Source of the DNA: Atractiella rhizophila
Taxonomy: Eukaryota
DNA: 64,000 nt
NCBI GenBank assembly: GCA_021432655.1
Contig: MU271181.1
Location: 139,189-203,188, forward strand
Direction of reading: 5' to 3'
A program made the position numbers and the translations under genes. Positions 13,285-25,469 of the stretch are shown one piece after another. The notes beneath the pieces were generated by a model. It saw only the letters and a program-made list of their open reading frames with translations. It was not told the DNA's origin and did no database searches. Each line of letters opens with the position of its first letter. Position 1 is the first letter of the stretch.

Positions 13285-16200
13285 ATGTCGGAATCCTTTA
13301 ACGCATTTAAGATCGAACCGCTGAAGCCGAATAACTGGGTGGCGTACAAGAGACGCATCACAGCCGTCCTGCGAGAACTCGATTTGTTAGACTACGTTAA
13401 CGGAAAAAAGAAAAGACCTACACCAGTCGTGGTGAAAGGCGGAGAAGGTGCAGAAGACACCATATCGAACCAAGAAGAGATCGACGCATGGGAGACGAAG
13501 GACGCCAAGGCCCAGACGCGCATCGAGTTGACGATAACCGATGGCGAATTGATCCATTTGACTGGCGCGAAGACGGCGGCGGAGATGTGGACGCAGTTGT
13601 GCGCGGTGAAAGAGGCGAAAGGGATAATGGGAATCCTGGCAGCGAGGAGACGGTTGTATCGCTCGTATGCTGAGGAAGGATTCAGTATGGTGGAACACAT
13701 CTCCGCATTCAGAGGAGTTCAGGAAGAACTTGCCTTGATGGGGGACACCTTGAAAGACGAAGATTTCGCTTTCCTCCTTATCACATCACTTCCCGAATCC
13801 TGGGACACATTCACTTCCGCTTATTTTGGTGCAAACTCCAACCAACCGACCCCTATCTTCCTACGAACTATCAGCATTGCTGATCGAAGAGGAGAGGCGG
13901 AGGAAGGAGAAATCGGGAGCGCTAGAGACAGCGCTGTTTGCGAAAGGAAAAAGGGTGTCGAAACAGAAGGCAGGAGGAGGAGGTGGAGACAAATCCGACA
14001 TCGAATGTTTTAACTGTCACAAGAAGGGACATGTTAGAGCAGAATGCTGGGCAAAGGGAGGCGGAAAAGAAGGCCAAGGGCCGCGAAATAGCAATGGAAG
14101 AAAAAGGAAAAAGCGTACCAAGGAACGGCGCAAACGTCGAACGTAAACAACGCACTCGCTGACTCCGCGTTCAACGTGCAGGAGCATTTCGATAGCACAC
14201 TCTCCAAGAGCGTGTGGCTCGCCGATTCTGGAACAACATCGCATATCAGTAACAACTTAATGGGTTTCATCAAAGAAAGCTGCGTACCTCTATCCAATTT
14301 CAAGATCCACGGTCTCTCGAAAACACCCATCGACGCAACAATGCGTGGAACATATGAGCTACCTGTCCAAACAGGCGATCAAACAGCCGTTATGACGCTC
14401 AAAGAAACCTTGTACGCACCGTCAGCCCCCAACAACCTCCTCTCCATCAGCCGACTCGACAACGCCGCGGCAAAGGTGTCTTCGGAGGAGGAAAGGTGCA
14501 GCTGTTCAACAAGAATGATCAGTTGCTGGGAGGAGGAAGGAAGAAAGGAGACTTGTACTTACTGGAAACAGTTGAAAGAGGGGGTGAGAAAGTGATGGCG
14601 GTGGAAGGGAGACATACGCGAACGTGGGACGAGTGGCACCGCGCGTTCGGCCACATCAACCCGAAGACTTTGGAGGAGCTGCATAGAAAAGGGTTAGTGG
14701 AAGGAATGGAAGTGGATGAGAGCAGCTCACCTTCGCAGTGCGAAGCCTGCATCCAAGCGAAACAGACACACGGAGCCTACCCACAAGAAGCATCAACACG
14801 ATCGGAGACGCCAGGAGAACTCACTTACTCAGATGTATGGGGACCTTCTCGCGTTCCCTCGTATGGTGGATCCCGATACTACATCTCATTCACGGACGAT
14901 TGCACGCGGCGCACAACCGTCCTCTTCATGTCCTCGAAGGATCAAGCGCTCGCGCGCATTCAAGCCTATGTCCACCTCGTCGAGCGCAAGTACGAACGTA
15001 CTCCGAAACGAATTCGCGTCGATCGAGGAACGGAATACCTAAACGAAAAAGTCAAGGACTGGTTAGAAAGAGAAAAAGGAATTAAGCTAGAACTCACCAC
15101 ACCACACTCGCACCAACAACTTGGCGTTGCGGAACGAATGAACCGCACGTTGATCGAGCTCGCACGCGCGATGCTAATCGCAAAGAATCTCAGTCCAAAA
15201 CTGTGGGCTGAAGCAGTCAAACATGCGGCTTACCTTAGGAACCGGTCACTCACCCGAGCTCTCAAGGAGAAGACTCCTCACCAAGCCTGGACCCCGGAAA
15301 AACCGAAAGTGGAGCACCTTGAAGAGTTTGGAGCAGATGTATGGGTGTTGGATGAAAGGCTAGAAAGATCAAAGTTAGATCCGAAATCAATCAAAGTAGT
15401 TTTTGTTGGGTATGAAGATGGTCCCAAAGCAATAAAGTACTTCAATCCTCGAAACGGAAAGGTCCTCGTCTCTCACAACTATGTCTTTAAAGACTCAAAT
15501 GGAAAAGAGATTGAAATCCCGACAGAACCGATTCCAATAATCACAGAAACGCAAGGAGACAACATACCAGCTTCCCCGAATGCCCCAGATCCACCTCCAG
15601 CACTCTCAACCCAAGAACCATCCACACAAGTCAAAATCCCAACGGCGGACGCAGCGAGAACGAGAAGCGAAACCTATGAATCAGGATTAGGAAAAAGAGC
15701 AAGACCTGAAATAGACTACTATACCTTGAACTACGGGAAAGCGAGGCCAAAGCCTCGAGCCAAACCAGCAACGTCTCCATTGCCCAAAGCGCCAACTCAA
15801 CCAAGCGAGGCACAAACAGTGGCAACCGATGCCGCCAACTTCGCATTCGCTTTCGCAACCTCAATCGCATTGAACGACGACCCTGCCAGTTACGACGAGG
15901 CAAAGCAATCGGAGGACCATAAGCAGTGGGAGGCTGCGATGGAAGATGAAATTAATCAGTTGAAAAATTATGGAACTTGGAGAAAAGATCTAGTGGACTT
16001 ACCGGAGGGAAGAAAAGCAATAGGATCTAAGTGGGTATTTCGTCGCAAGAGAGATGAAAAGGGGAGAGTGAAGCGCTATAAAGCAAGGCTAGTAGCACAG
16101 GGATTCAGTCAGATCCCAGGGCAGGATTTCAACCAGACCTTTGCCCCTGTGGCTCAGTTAGAATCCTTGCGAGCCATTATCGCACTCGTAGCAATTAGGG

Positions 16201-17435
16201 GATGGAAAATACATCTTATGGATGTCATCGGAGCTTATCTTAATGGAGAGTTGGAGGAAGAGCTCGAGCTGTACATGAAACAGCCTCCTGGATTCGATGA
16301 CGGCTCAGGAAGGGTCCTGAAGCTTGTGAAAGGACTTTACGGGCTCAAGCAAGCCGCAAGAATATGGAATATACGACTTAACAAAGCTCTGACGGAGCTT
16401 GGATTCACGAGAGCGAACGCAGACCACTGTGTCTATGTTAGAAGACAAGAAAACCAAATAATTGTCCTCCTAGTTTGGGTGGATGACATTGTCATTATCG
16501 GCGATGATGATGATGAGATTGCAGAAGTCAAAAAGACAATTCAGCAAGTCTTTGATGTGACAGACCAAGGAGAAGGAAATCTACTTCTTGGAATACAAAT
16601 TATACGAACCAATGGAACCATCGCCTTATCGCAGGCAAGCTACATTGAATCGATGCTTGCGAAGTACCGTTTGCAAAACGCCAAACCGGTACCCACTCCG
16701 CTTGATATCAACACCAAGCTACTCCCCAACGAAGAAGAAGTCAATGTCGAAGCCCAGAAGCTGTATCAAGCGGCGATTGGCTCACTCATGTACGCTGCGC
16801 TTGCCACACGACCCGACATTGCATTTGCAGTTCAAACCCTCTCTCAATTCTCCTCGAACCCGAATCCATCGCACTGGACAGCAGTCAAACGTGTCTTTCA
16901 ATACCTCAAGACGACAAAAGACTTTGCACTCACTTATGGAGGAGAAGGAGGAGGAATTAGCGAAGTTATGGGATTTACGGATGCGGATGGAAATTCAAGT
17001 GAAGCAAACAGGAGGAAAGCCATCTCCGGGTATGTCTATTTACTTTCAGGGGGTGCAATATCTTGGTCTGCGAAGAAACAGACAACAACGGCACTCTCAA
17101 CGACGGAAGCCGAATACGTCGCCCTCTCGCACGCCGCACGCGAAGCAATTTGGCTACAAAAGCTGTTTGCAGACTTGGGATTTCAGACAGACGAACCAAC
17201 GGCTCTCTTCGGCGACAATCAAGGAGCGATCGCGTTGGCCCACAACCCCGAATTCCATCGTCGCACTAAACACCTCGACATTATTCATCATTTCATTCGC
17301 GATCACATCGAACTTGGATCAATCGCAGTCTCCTACATCCCCACAGAGGAAAACCCCGCTGATATCTTCACGAAGGCACTTGCAAGAATGAAGGTAGAGA
17401 AATTTAGTGAAGAAATGGGATTGATGACAGTCTGA
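13285..17435 (+). CDS. Copia gag-pol polyprotein, frameshifted in the 5' part
   Basis: Gag LITSLPESWD; knuckle CFNCHKKGHVRAEC; protease WLADSGTTSH; WHRAFGH...CEAC; integrase SDVWGP, VDRGTEY, GVAERMNR; RT YKARLVAQGF and WVDD; RNase H DAD...EAEY...DNQ...ADIFTK. At least 3 frameshifts (about 13850, 14120-14140 and 14470), then 979 open codons. Confidence 0.95.
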
Positions 17436-17442
17436 GGGGGTG

Positions 17443-17634
17443 TGTTGTTCTCGGTTCATCCTGCCATCTCAGTTGAGTGGTCATTACTTGTTCTAAAATA
17501 TTCCTACTTGGTCTCATGTTTTCTGGTTTCTCACTATCTTACTTTTTCTTGAATGTTCTAGAATAATGTTTCTACAAGTATATAAAGACTCAAAAAGGCG
17601 AAATAATAATCATTGCAATTCCACAATAACAACA
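17443..17634 (+). repeat. 3' LTR of copia element
   Basis: Copy of 12977-13168, preceded by the GAGGGGG purine tract. Confidence 0.97.
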
Positions 17635-17639
17635 GTGGG

Positions 17640-18890
17640 TGGGAGAGGAGTATCTGTAATCACTATTTGGTTTGTTTCAGCAGATGCAGCACAGGGGACT
17701 CACCTTGGGTCGGCTCCAAAGAAGGAGAATCCTGTCCAACGTCATGTCAGCTTGCTGTTCTTATGATGAAAATTAGATGTGTACCTGTGATTATACTTCG
17801 GCTTCACCACTGCCGTTACTTGAGGCGCCGGTTACTCTTTTTGCTCTCGTTCGCTGCAAAGAGGAAATTTATTGGAAAAAATGCAGAGAGGAGTGAACAA
17901 CTTGCCTTCGAGAGGGGGTTACTGCCATCGGACGGAGGCACTTTCAGTTTAATTACCCGTTTCTTCTTTCCTTCAGGCTCAACAACCCTGTCTTGTTTGG
18001 ATTCCATCAAAACAGCGGTGGTAGAGCCCTCTTGGGTGGTTACGCTTGTTTCTATGTCCTGTAGTATTACCCTTCATCAGTGAAGTTACTTGTTTAAGTT
18101 GGAACATACCAGACGCTTTCTTTTCAAGGTATTGACATTGCTGCCACTGACGTTAGACATTGCCGTGGGTGTCTTCTGTTGCATCCTACTAATCAACGCT
18201 AATGGGGAAGCGGAATTGAGGTACTCACAAGTTTCTTGCCCGGGACCCTCTTTGCATGTTCTTCATAGAGAGTAGTGAGCAGCATCTCGACAACTTGTGG
18301 TGCGTATGCGTCCAAGAGGGATTTCCCCCCATTCTCTTTTTGAACCTGAGTCGCTTCCGGCATTTTCGATTTCTGTAGAGAGGATGTGCGTGAAATAATA
18401 ATTGAGCATCCCAGACCTGCAAGTAAGCGTAAAATGTTGGTCAGAGAACCTAAAGAATCGTAGCTCTTTGCGTGAGTCCTCCAATTCAAGCTCAGAACAT
18501 CATGTAAAAATAAAAAGCCGCCATGGTCTTCATCGTCAGGATTATCCTGGGCCGTAGAAAGCTGCCGGATAATATGTTCCAGAGCGGGATGAGCAGGTTG
18601 AGATGGGAAATTGAGATCCTCCAGCTCTCTGACAAGTTGAAGCAACCCTGTTACATGAGGAATGGATGGAAGACGAGTGGAAAAGAGTCCTGCAGCGTTA
18701 TAAGCAGGACAGCAGGCGGAGAAAGGCACTTACTCTTAACATTCGAAACTTTTTACAGTATAGAGGTTAGAAACTTGAAGGTGGTCACCCACGTGCGAAA
18801 AAAGTGCGTACCAGTGGGAGACAGATCAATATCAATCCCTACGTTGGCAAGCGCTGCCAAAGCAGTGGTTGTTTCGGATTCTATGGACAT
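17640..18890 (-). pseudogene. Unknown intron-containing gene fragment, apparently interrupted by the copia insertion
   Basis: Minus-strand ORFs 18199-18729 and 17816-18010 with intron-like gaps; no recognisable domain. Confidence 0.3.
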
Positions 18891-18999
18891 TTTGAACTGA
18901 GGCTACCAAACTGGTTAGAATCTAGCCAATGTGGATAAAGCACATACATTGCTCTTGACTGCACTTTGAACGGTTGACTGGGGAGGGAAGTTTGGGTGG

Positions 19000-20118
19000 T
19001 AATCTGATGAAGTGCTCCCTAGCAGCCGTAATCAATACCAATCAATCAACAAAGGAAGAGACAAACATGGGGCCAGTTTCTTGCGGTTGTTTCTGGAAAT
19101 TTTTGTATGTTTCCCTGCACCAGCTCCAATCAAGAAAGGTTTACATTGAGGATGGAACTAAGCTTACCGGTGTATGCAAGTTTGAGATAATTTCTACTTC
19201 AGGCTATCAAATAACAAACCATGTTCGTTACTCAGCAAAGAATGTTCAAAAGCAATACGCACCAAAGTGTTTGTCCTGTCTGCTTGATTTCTTGTTCTTG
19301 ACAAGCCTTTTTTCTCCTTCTTTCTCTGAGCGTCATTCCGATTCGCAATATAGTTTTGAATGAGCTTCTTTGCCTTCCAGTTATTATAACATAGGCCAAT
19401 TCTGGAATCTGAGCTGACTAGAGATTGACAACCAAGCTGGATGACATGCAGATGCCCTTTAAGAAACTGAAAAGATAGTTTTTTATCTGGAAAAGAGTCC
19501 ACCGGGATTTTCTGCAACATGACAGCGATCGCAACAGGTAGAAACACATCCTCTACCTGCCTGACTTCATCTGATGAATATTTTGACCCATCTGGGTTAC
19601 ACAGCAGACGGCTATTAGCAAAGCCGGTTGGATTTTTGCCTTCCACTCTGCATCAGGCACATCCTTTGCATCTTTCTCATCCCACAACACTTCGATTGGA
19701 TATTCAGGTGGGCGATGCATTGGTTGTGGTGTTGTAAACACTCCACCACGCTGTCATTGAAATGAAAGTAGAACAAGAAAGACACACATTTTGTGAGCGA
19801 GTCCAGTTCGCAGTTCTTTAGTTGCAGTTCCTGATTCTTTGCCTCCAAGTCCACAATTCGACTTCGTTGATACATTCTGTCCTGGTCTGCCTCAGCAATA
19901 CGAGCCTTGAAATTGTCTTGATTTTCAAGGAACGAACTAAGGAGGAGTTGAAGGTTGTTGGAGGAGAGATTTGGGGTTGGTGGAGCTTCCGGTGCAAGGG
20001 CATTGAATGAGAGAGCGGTTGAATGGGTTCCTTGGCCATAAAGGCCAGGAGATGATCCTAAAAGTGCTGACAAGTCGCTGTTAGACCATGTAGCGTGTGG
20101 TGTTGAGTCTGAAGACAT
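19000..20118 (-). pseudogene. Accessory gene of CACTA-like element 1, divergent from the transposase
   Basis: MSSDST start, coiled-coil stretch, then RPPEYPIEVLW...LLCNPDG...IGLCYNNWKAKKL; same layout as 52200-53551. Confidence 0.6.
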
Positions 20119-21054
20119 CTTGAGAAGGTCAGTGGCTGTTTTGAAAGTAAAAAAAAGTATTTTTTTTGCACTGTAGCTGCACGTGATTCTACAAGCTGCC
20201 TGCTACTCAATTATCTGCAAATAAATCAGAAGCAATCTCTTCAAAACCCTTCTTTACCAATAGCTTTATGCCACGGCAGAATTGACATCAGAATGCGAGC
20301 CAAAGAGCCATGTCTCTGCTATTCCAAAAGGTGTTGTGAAAAAGCGGAATGGACAGCTGGTTTGGCTTGATCCTAGAACTATTCGAGAGCATCGCAAAAA
20401 AGATCTCACTCTCGCACAACGTTTGCACTCACAGTGGTCTCCCTATTATGCCAGAGTTGCAGGTGGCTCTGGATTTTTCAACCAAGTACCGCCGGCAACC
20501 TATACAGCCCATATCTGCTTTAAGAAGACAGCAAGCACTTGAAAATCAGAGAGATGATGGAGACGAGACTCCAGAAGAACAACATGCAGAACTCATGCTG
20601 GATGTAATGGCATCAAGCCTAGGAAGGTATGCACTTATAATCATTCACCTGACAATCCGCTAATTGCCTTGCAGCTCGAAAAATACTCCAACTGATGTAC
20701 ATCACGACCTCTCCACACTCTCAACCCTTTCTCCTTCTCCTCTCCATCAAGCCATAACAGAGGATAATGAAGATCAAGAGTCGGACGATGAACTGCACCT
20801 GCATCTAGATGGGCAATATTATTTTGCAGACGTGCAGGTGGGATCGTACATGGCAGGAGAATCCGAAGAAGAAGACGTGGAGAATTCGGCAGGATTAGAG
20901 GGATCAGACATTGAAGATGGCGGTGAGGGGGTGGCCAATCCTGAGAGTGGTAGTGAGGGACATGATCAAGGTGGCATCGATCCGGACGAGTGGATTGCAC
21001 AGAGTTTCCGACGTCGGTATGAGGAACTCAAGCAAGAATTTCCACACCTTCTAC

Positions 21055-21555
21055 NNNNNNNNNNNNNNNNNNNNNNNNNNNNNNNNNNNNNNNNNNNNNN
21101 NNNNNNNNNNNNNNNNNNNNNNNNNNNNNNNNNNNNNNNNNNNNNNNNNNNNNNNNNNNNNNNNNNNNNNNNNNNNNNNNNNNNNNNNNNNNNNNNNNNN
21201 NNNNNNNNNNNNNNNNNNNNNNNNNNNNNNNNNNNNNNNNNNNNNNNNNNNNNNNNNNNNNNNNNNNNNNNNNNNNNNNNNNNNNNNNNNNNNNNNNNNN
21301 NNNNNNNNNNNNNNNNNNNNNNNNNNNNNNNNNNNNNNNNNNNNNNNNNNNNNNNNNNNNNNNNNNNNNNNNNNNNNNNNNNNNNNNNNNNNNNNNNNNN
21401 NNNNNNNNNNNNNNNNNNNNNNNNNNNNNNNNNNNNNNNNNNNNNNNNNNNNNNNNNNNNNNNNNNNNNNNNNNNNNNNNNNNNNNNNNNNNNNNNNNNN
21501 NNNNNNNNNNNNNNNNNNNNNNNNNNNNNNNNNNNNNNNNNNNNNNNNNNNNNNN
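21055..21555. other. Assembly gap (501 N)
   Basis: Run of N. Confidence 1.
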
Positions 21556-23337
21556 CCCTCTGTTATCTAGCGTACTGAATGTTACTTCGCTGCGCGAGCG
21601 GAATATCGTAATGCAACGGCTGAAAGTAAAAGGTTACTCGCTTGGTGACAAGGCAGACGTTCTACGTAGAAGGGGCTGAAGAGACTAACTCTTATATAGG
21701 ATCGTTGCAGAAGTGAAAGTATAAGTCAAGGGTATTGCCTGCATTCCATTCTGACTTCACGTCAATTCTACGGCGAAAGTTCTCGTCTTAGTTTGCAGGA
21801 TCTGGTACTAAACCGCCTTTTTCACAAACAAGAAAAACAGCCAAATCCTGACCACAGTTGCACTCCTTACATCTCGAACTCTTATAAGTCAACAAGCGCG
21901 ACCTAGTCCAATAAGCGATCAAGCCGTATACCGTCAGAAGCACTTGGATCGAACAGAAAGAGTCAAGGATCTAAAGCGAGGTTTCCTTCAACACACTTCA
22001 AGTAATCCGAAGGATCTTAGAACGAGTTCCCTTGTTATACGTCTTCGACTACGTCCGAGTAACCTTGTGCCACTTGGTCTCGTCCCTACAAGGCGTGCAT
22101 CTCGAGGAGTTTAGGTCACGTTTTCGGCGAGTACTTCCTTGAACGTGAAACTTCAACACTATTTCTCCGCCGTACCTACAAACACTACTAAAACCGACGT
22201 CTCTGTTTAAAGCAGGTTACAACATACTCGAGCTACACCTTCGGTTGAAGGTCGTTATACCCTTACCTTATGGTTACGTGGGTAGGTTCGGTGAGCATAT
22301 AACTTATAGCGCATAACGCCTTGAACAGATCTAACGCTTACGCCAAACTCTTCGCACGACCGTTTAGTTAATGGCGCAACAGGTATTCGAGTGGTTGTTC
22401 CTAAAAGACTAGACATCTTTCTTCCACAGCCAGAGGAAGTTGTCCGAGGTGGAAAGGCGAGGTATTCAGGGTATCTACCCCTCAATGTAAGAGTATCTCT
22501 TCCACCCGTTCTAGGCCACCTTTCTTCTTTCAACCCTTCTTTCAGCGTTCGGACCTGGTCTAATGTGTGAAATGTTAAGGTTTGAGTCAAGCATCGAAAA
22601 GAGAAGTACAGACTAAACCACGTAAAAGCTAAACAAGTTCTATAAGCTTTATCCTGAGCAAACAAGCTTCTCCCTCTCGTAGACCTAATGTTCACAGGCC
22701 AGCTAAACGCAATTCCAAGCATTTCCCTCTGTCGACCAGTATTGGGACTTCGCTCCACAGCAGTCTCCTTTCATCAACCATGACTGTAAACCACGTCCGG
22801 CTGTAGGAGAGTTATCTGTTTGGACGTGGGTGCTTGGGGGACCACAGGACAGTAAGGTAAGTAGAAGACCCTTGGTCCGTATAGCCGTGTTGTACGCGTT
22901 TCCATAGGAAAGGTATCCTTCCCCGCAAGAAGATGCGATAGGTGTAGGTGTGAGGATCTCTACGAACACGTTTTAGAAGGTGTTTACCTATTTTTTTTGA
23001 GAGCTATAACTGTCCTCCCAAACCGGGTCCTTACCGTCGTTAACCGTCGAGCTAACACAGGACGTAGGACGGAGAGAAGACATCCTTGTAATTTTCTAAA
23101 CTTCGTATTAGTAGGTTTGGAGAGGAAAGAAGAAGTACGATTCGACTCGTGGTAGTCACCTGTCCCTCTTTTTGGGTCATGCTCCTAGTAGTCTCTCCAA
23201 GTCTGTAACAACATTGCAAACTTCTTCAAGTGGTAGACGGTTTAGGAATATATGAGCTAGGCGAAGCAAACGGTTTCGCTCTGGAACGTAGTCTCAAGAC
23301 ATCAACGAGGCGTAGTTACGGCGGTAAGAAGATAGCT
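21556..23337. other. Reversed-but-not-complemented segment (probable assembly artefact)
   Basis: Read right to left without complementing, it gives FSLSTDGAQ, AIPGPNPPVNIESFFYPF, ADMPGSQKMNGMTGHQGVRGCRF, FFPPDLAHLLYEN and GSLMNFTQLPLERNLG, colinear with the transposase at 53707-56830. Confidence 0.95.
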
Positions 23338-24589
23338 TGACTGGTTTATGGAAAGTATGAATATGGCGGGAGGGAAGGATATGCTGAGGCAATAATATAC
23401 ATAAGATTGCCCGCCAATCTAGCGGTTTCCAGCGCAACACACATTGTTGTCAGCCGTTGTATTTCTGTTGCACAAACTCACCCAGGAGAGACTCTTTTGG
23501 GAATGTGAGACGAAGCCATACACAAACGTGACAGTGGGACGATACCTTCTGACTTTCTAATGCCTACTGCTGGTACTTGTGCGCTAGAACAAGAAGTACA
23601 ATATGAGCTGAGAACCTCATCGACAGACGACGGACGGCGTTGATACAAGCACCAACACCGAAACGGTGCTGAAAAACTGCTGACATCGGACTGTCGAACA
23701 TTCAGTCACTTTTGGCAGACTGAACTTTGCCCGTGCAGTAACTGGCTTTTGACGGAACTGACTTAATTCTTACCGAACCCTGTTTTCATAGAGCTTGAAG
23801 GTCTATCAGCTTGAGGAGATTTCATCACTTCCTTGGATGGAAAGGGACCGCAGGGCTGTTCTTGGGACTAGGGATAGAGACCATTTCCTTGCTCGCGGAG
23901 TGGACGAGACTGGGCTGTGATGGATGGGACAGAGCAAAGATGCACTGGGGGAGAACTCCATCTGGAGACGCATTGCCCCTACAGCTGCCAGATAACGAAA
24001 ATTGGCGCGTTGATGTCCGGGTCAGGCTCTTCGGATACTGCCTGTTTTGACCGCAAAGGTGTTTGAGCTCAAAAGGAGCCTGAGGACTTTCAAATGTTTA
24101 GACCAGAAACAATAAACATTCTTCTCAGACATGGGTTAACTTAGAAATGAGCATTGTCTAAGAACCGAATCTAGCTTACTCATCTTGACACCATTTGTCA
24201 ACTTATGCATCTCCTTGAGGTTAGCATAGGGCTTGTCAGCCAGCAAGCAGCTAAGACATGCTAGTGTGATCCAAAATTCATAATTCGAAGCAATGACAAA
24301 ATCAACGTGGGAACCCACAGGTTCCTGCGGAATTGGTGGGGAAGGATCCTAACCCGTCACCCTCCCTTTATCCCTCACGGGTTTTCGCCTGCACCCACAG
24401 ACAACCCGTACGGTGTACTCCTATTGCCAGTTTGTGTTCCCACAAATGATGCTCTTCTTCTGCCCTCACGTCAGCTTCCTCCACATCCAGTTGAGCAGCT
24501 TTCATCGCTCCAACACCTTTCTTTACAACCCTCTGGGTCTGGGTCGCCTTTTACTCAATGTATGAGTTCTTCCATCGTTGGATTTCCTT

Positions 24590-25445
24590 ATTCTATTGTA
24601 TGACAAGTGCCTGAAGGCATTGATTAGATGCTTGTAGACCCTCGACAACCTTGAGTGCTCGTCCTTCGGTGGTTTGAAGATCAGCGGTGGAAGGTCGGTT
24701 GTTAAGAAGGAGAAGGTCCGCAGTTCGTCTTGAGGTATTTGGGGTGAGCTTATGGAAGGGATCAGTGAAGACAGAAGAGAGTGACATTGAGGGGGATGAT
24801 CCAGAGTTGGCTGCTCCATGTGCAAGTCGACGAAGAGGTTCAAGACCATGATTCATACTGATGTCAACTGGCCAAATTCCGGAGACTTTGAATGCTTTCT
24901 TGATCCAATCCGGCATGTAAGTATTCTTCCTGGTTTCCCTAAAGTAATATGAAAATTGATTCTTGTTTATGTCTTAGCTCATTTGTTGTTAAACTCAAAC
25001 AAATTTATTACGTTTGGCTAAGCTCTTGCAAACACATGAGCAGCAGAAACACAAGAACAGGTGTTTATATACATGAGAGCTTGTGGCAAATAGAAACTTC
25101 CAGAATGTTCATGAAGAAAGTATTACTAACATTTTATACATCTCCAACATCATTGTCCAATGTCCCAGAATAAGACAGCTACAGAAAGCTGAAAATCACA
25201 ATGTCTAGTGGGGAGGTGAGATGGCTAGTATGAGGGATGAGGACGAAGGGAGGGATATAATGAGCAAGTGTGAATGGAGGAAGGAGAAGGTGAGTCAGAG
25301 CCATGACCATCCATCGAGAGAAGCTGCCATTTATGATCGGGGAGCGATTCTCCTCCTCAAAGAAGGCTAGCCACTCACAGCCTAGTTCGTCGTCGGTCCA
25401 ACCGCTGTCTGAATTGGCATAATGTGCCATCTTGATTCTTCCCTC
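24590..25445 (-). mobile_element. pogo/Fot1-type DDE_1 transposase remnant
   Basis: NSDSGWTDDELGCEWL, a degenerate MDGHGS, PHTSHLTSPLDIVIF and IKKAFKVSGIWP; interrupted by an unrelated insert at about 24975-25150. Confidence 0.85.
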
Positions 25446-25469
25446 CATCCAGCTCTTCATGGCCAATTT

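Larger units (their letters stand above)
12977..17634 (+). mobile_element. Full-length Ty1/copia LTR retrotransposon
   Basis: Two 192-bp LTRs (TGTTGTT...AACAACA), PBS GGTTATGAGCCC at 13169, purine tract before the 3' LTR, flanks GTGGT/GTGGG (TSD 4/5), domain order gag-PR-IN-RT-RH. Confidence 0.98.
20268..23640 (+). mobile_element. CACTA/EnSpm-like transposase 1 (N-terminus, gap, mirror-reversed core, C-terminus)
   Basis: Acidic N-terminal exons 20282-21054; catalytic core readable only by reversing 21556 to about 23337; normal forward C-terminus YEYGGREGYAEAIIYIRL from about 23356. Confidence 0.85.

Noticed and set aside
16588..17391. 267-aa alternate-frame ORF inside copia pol
   Set aside because: Shadow ORF with no motifs, overlapping RT/RNase H.
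20664..21578. Long ORFs containing runs of X
   Set aside because: Artefacts of translation through the N-gap.
22255..22969. Minus-strand ORFs of 167 and 88 aa
   Set aside because: They lie in the mirror-reversed block and are spurious.
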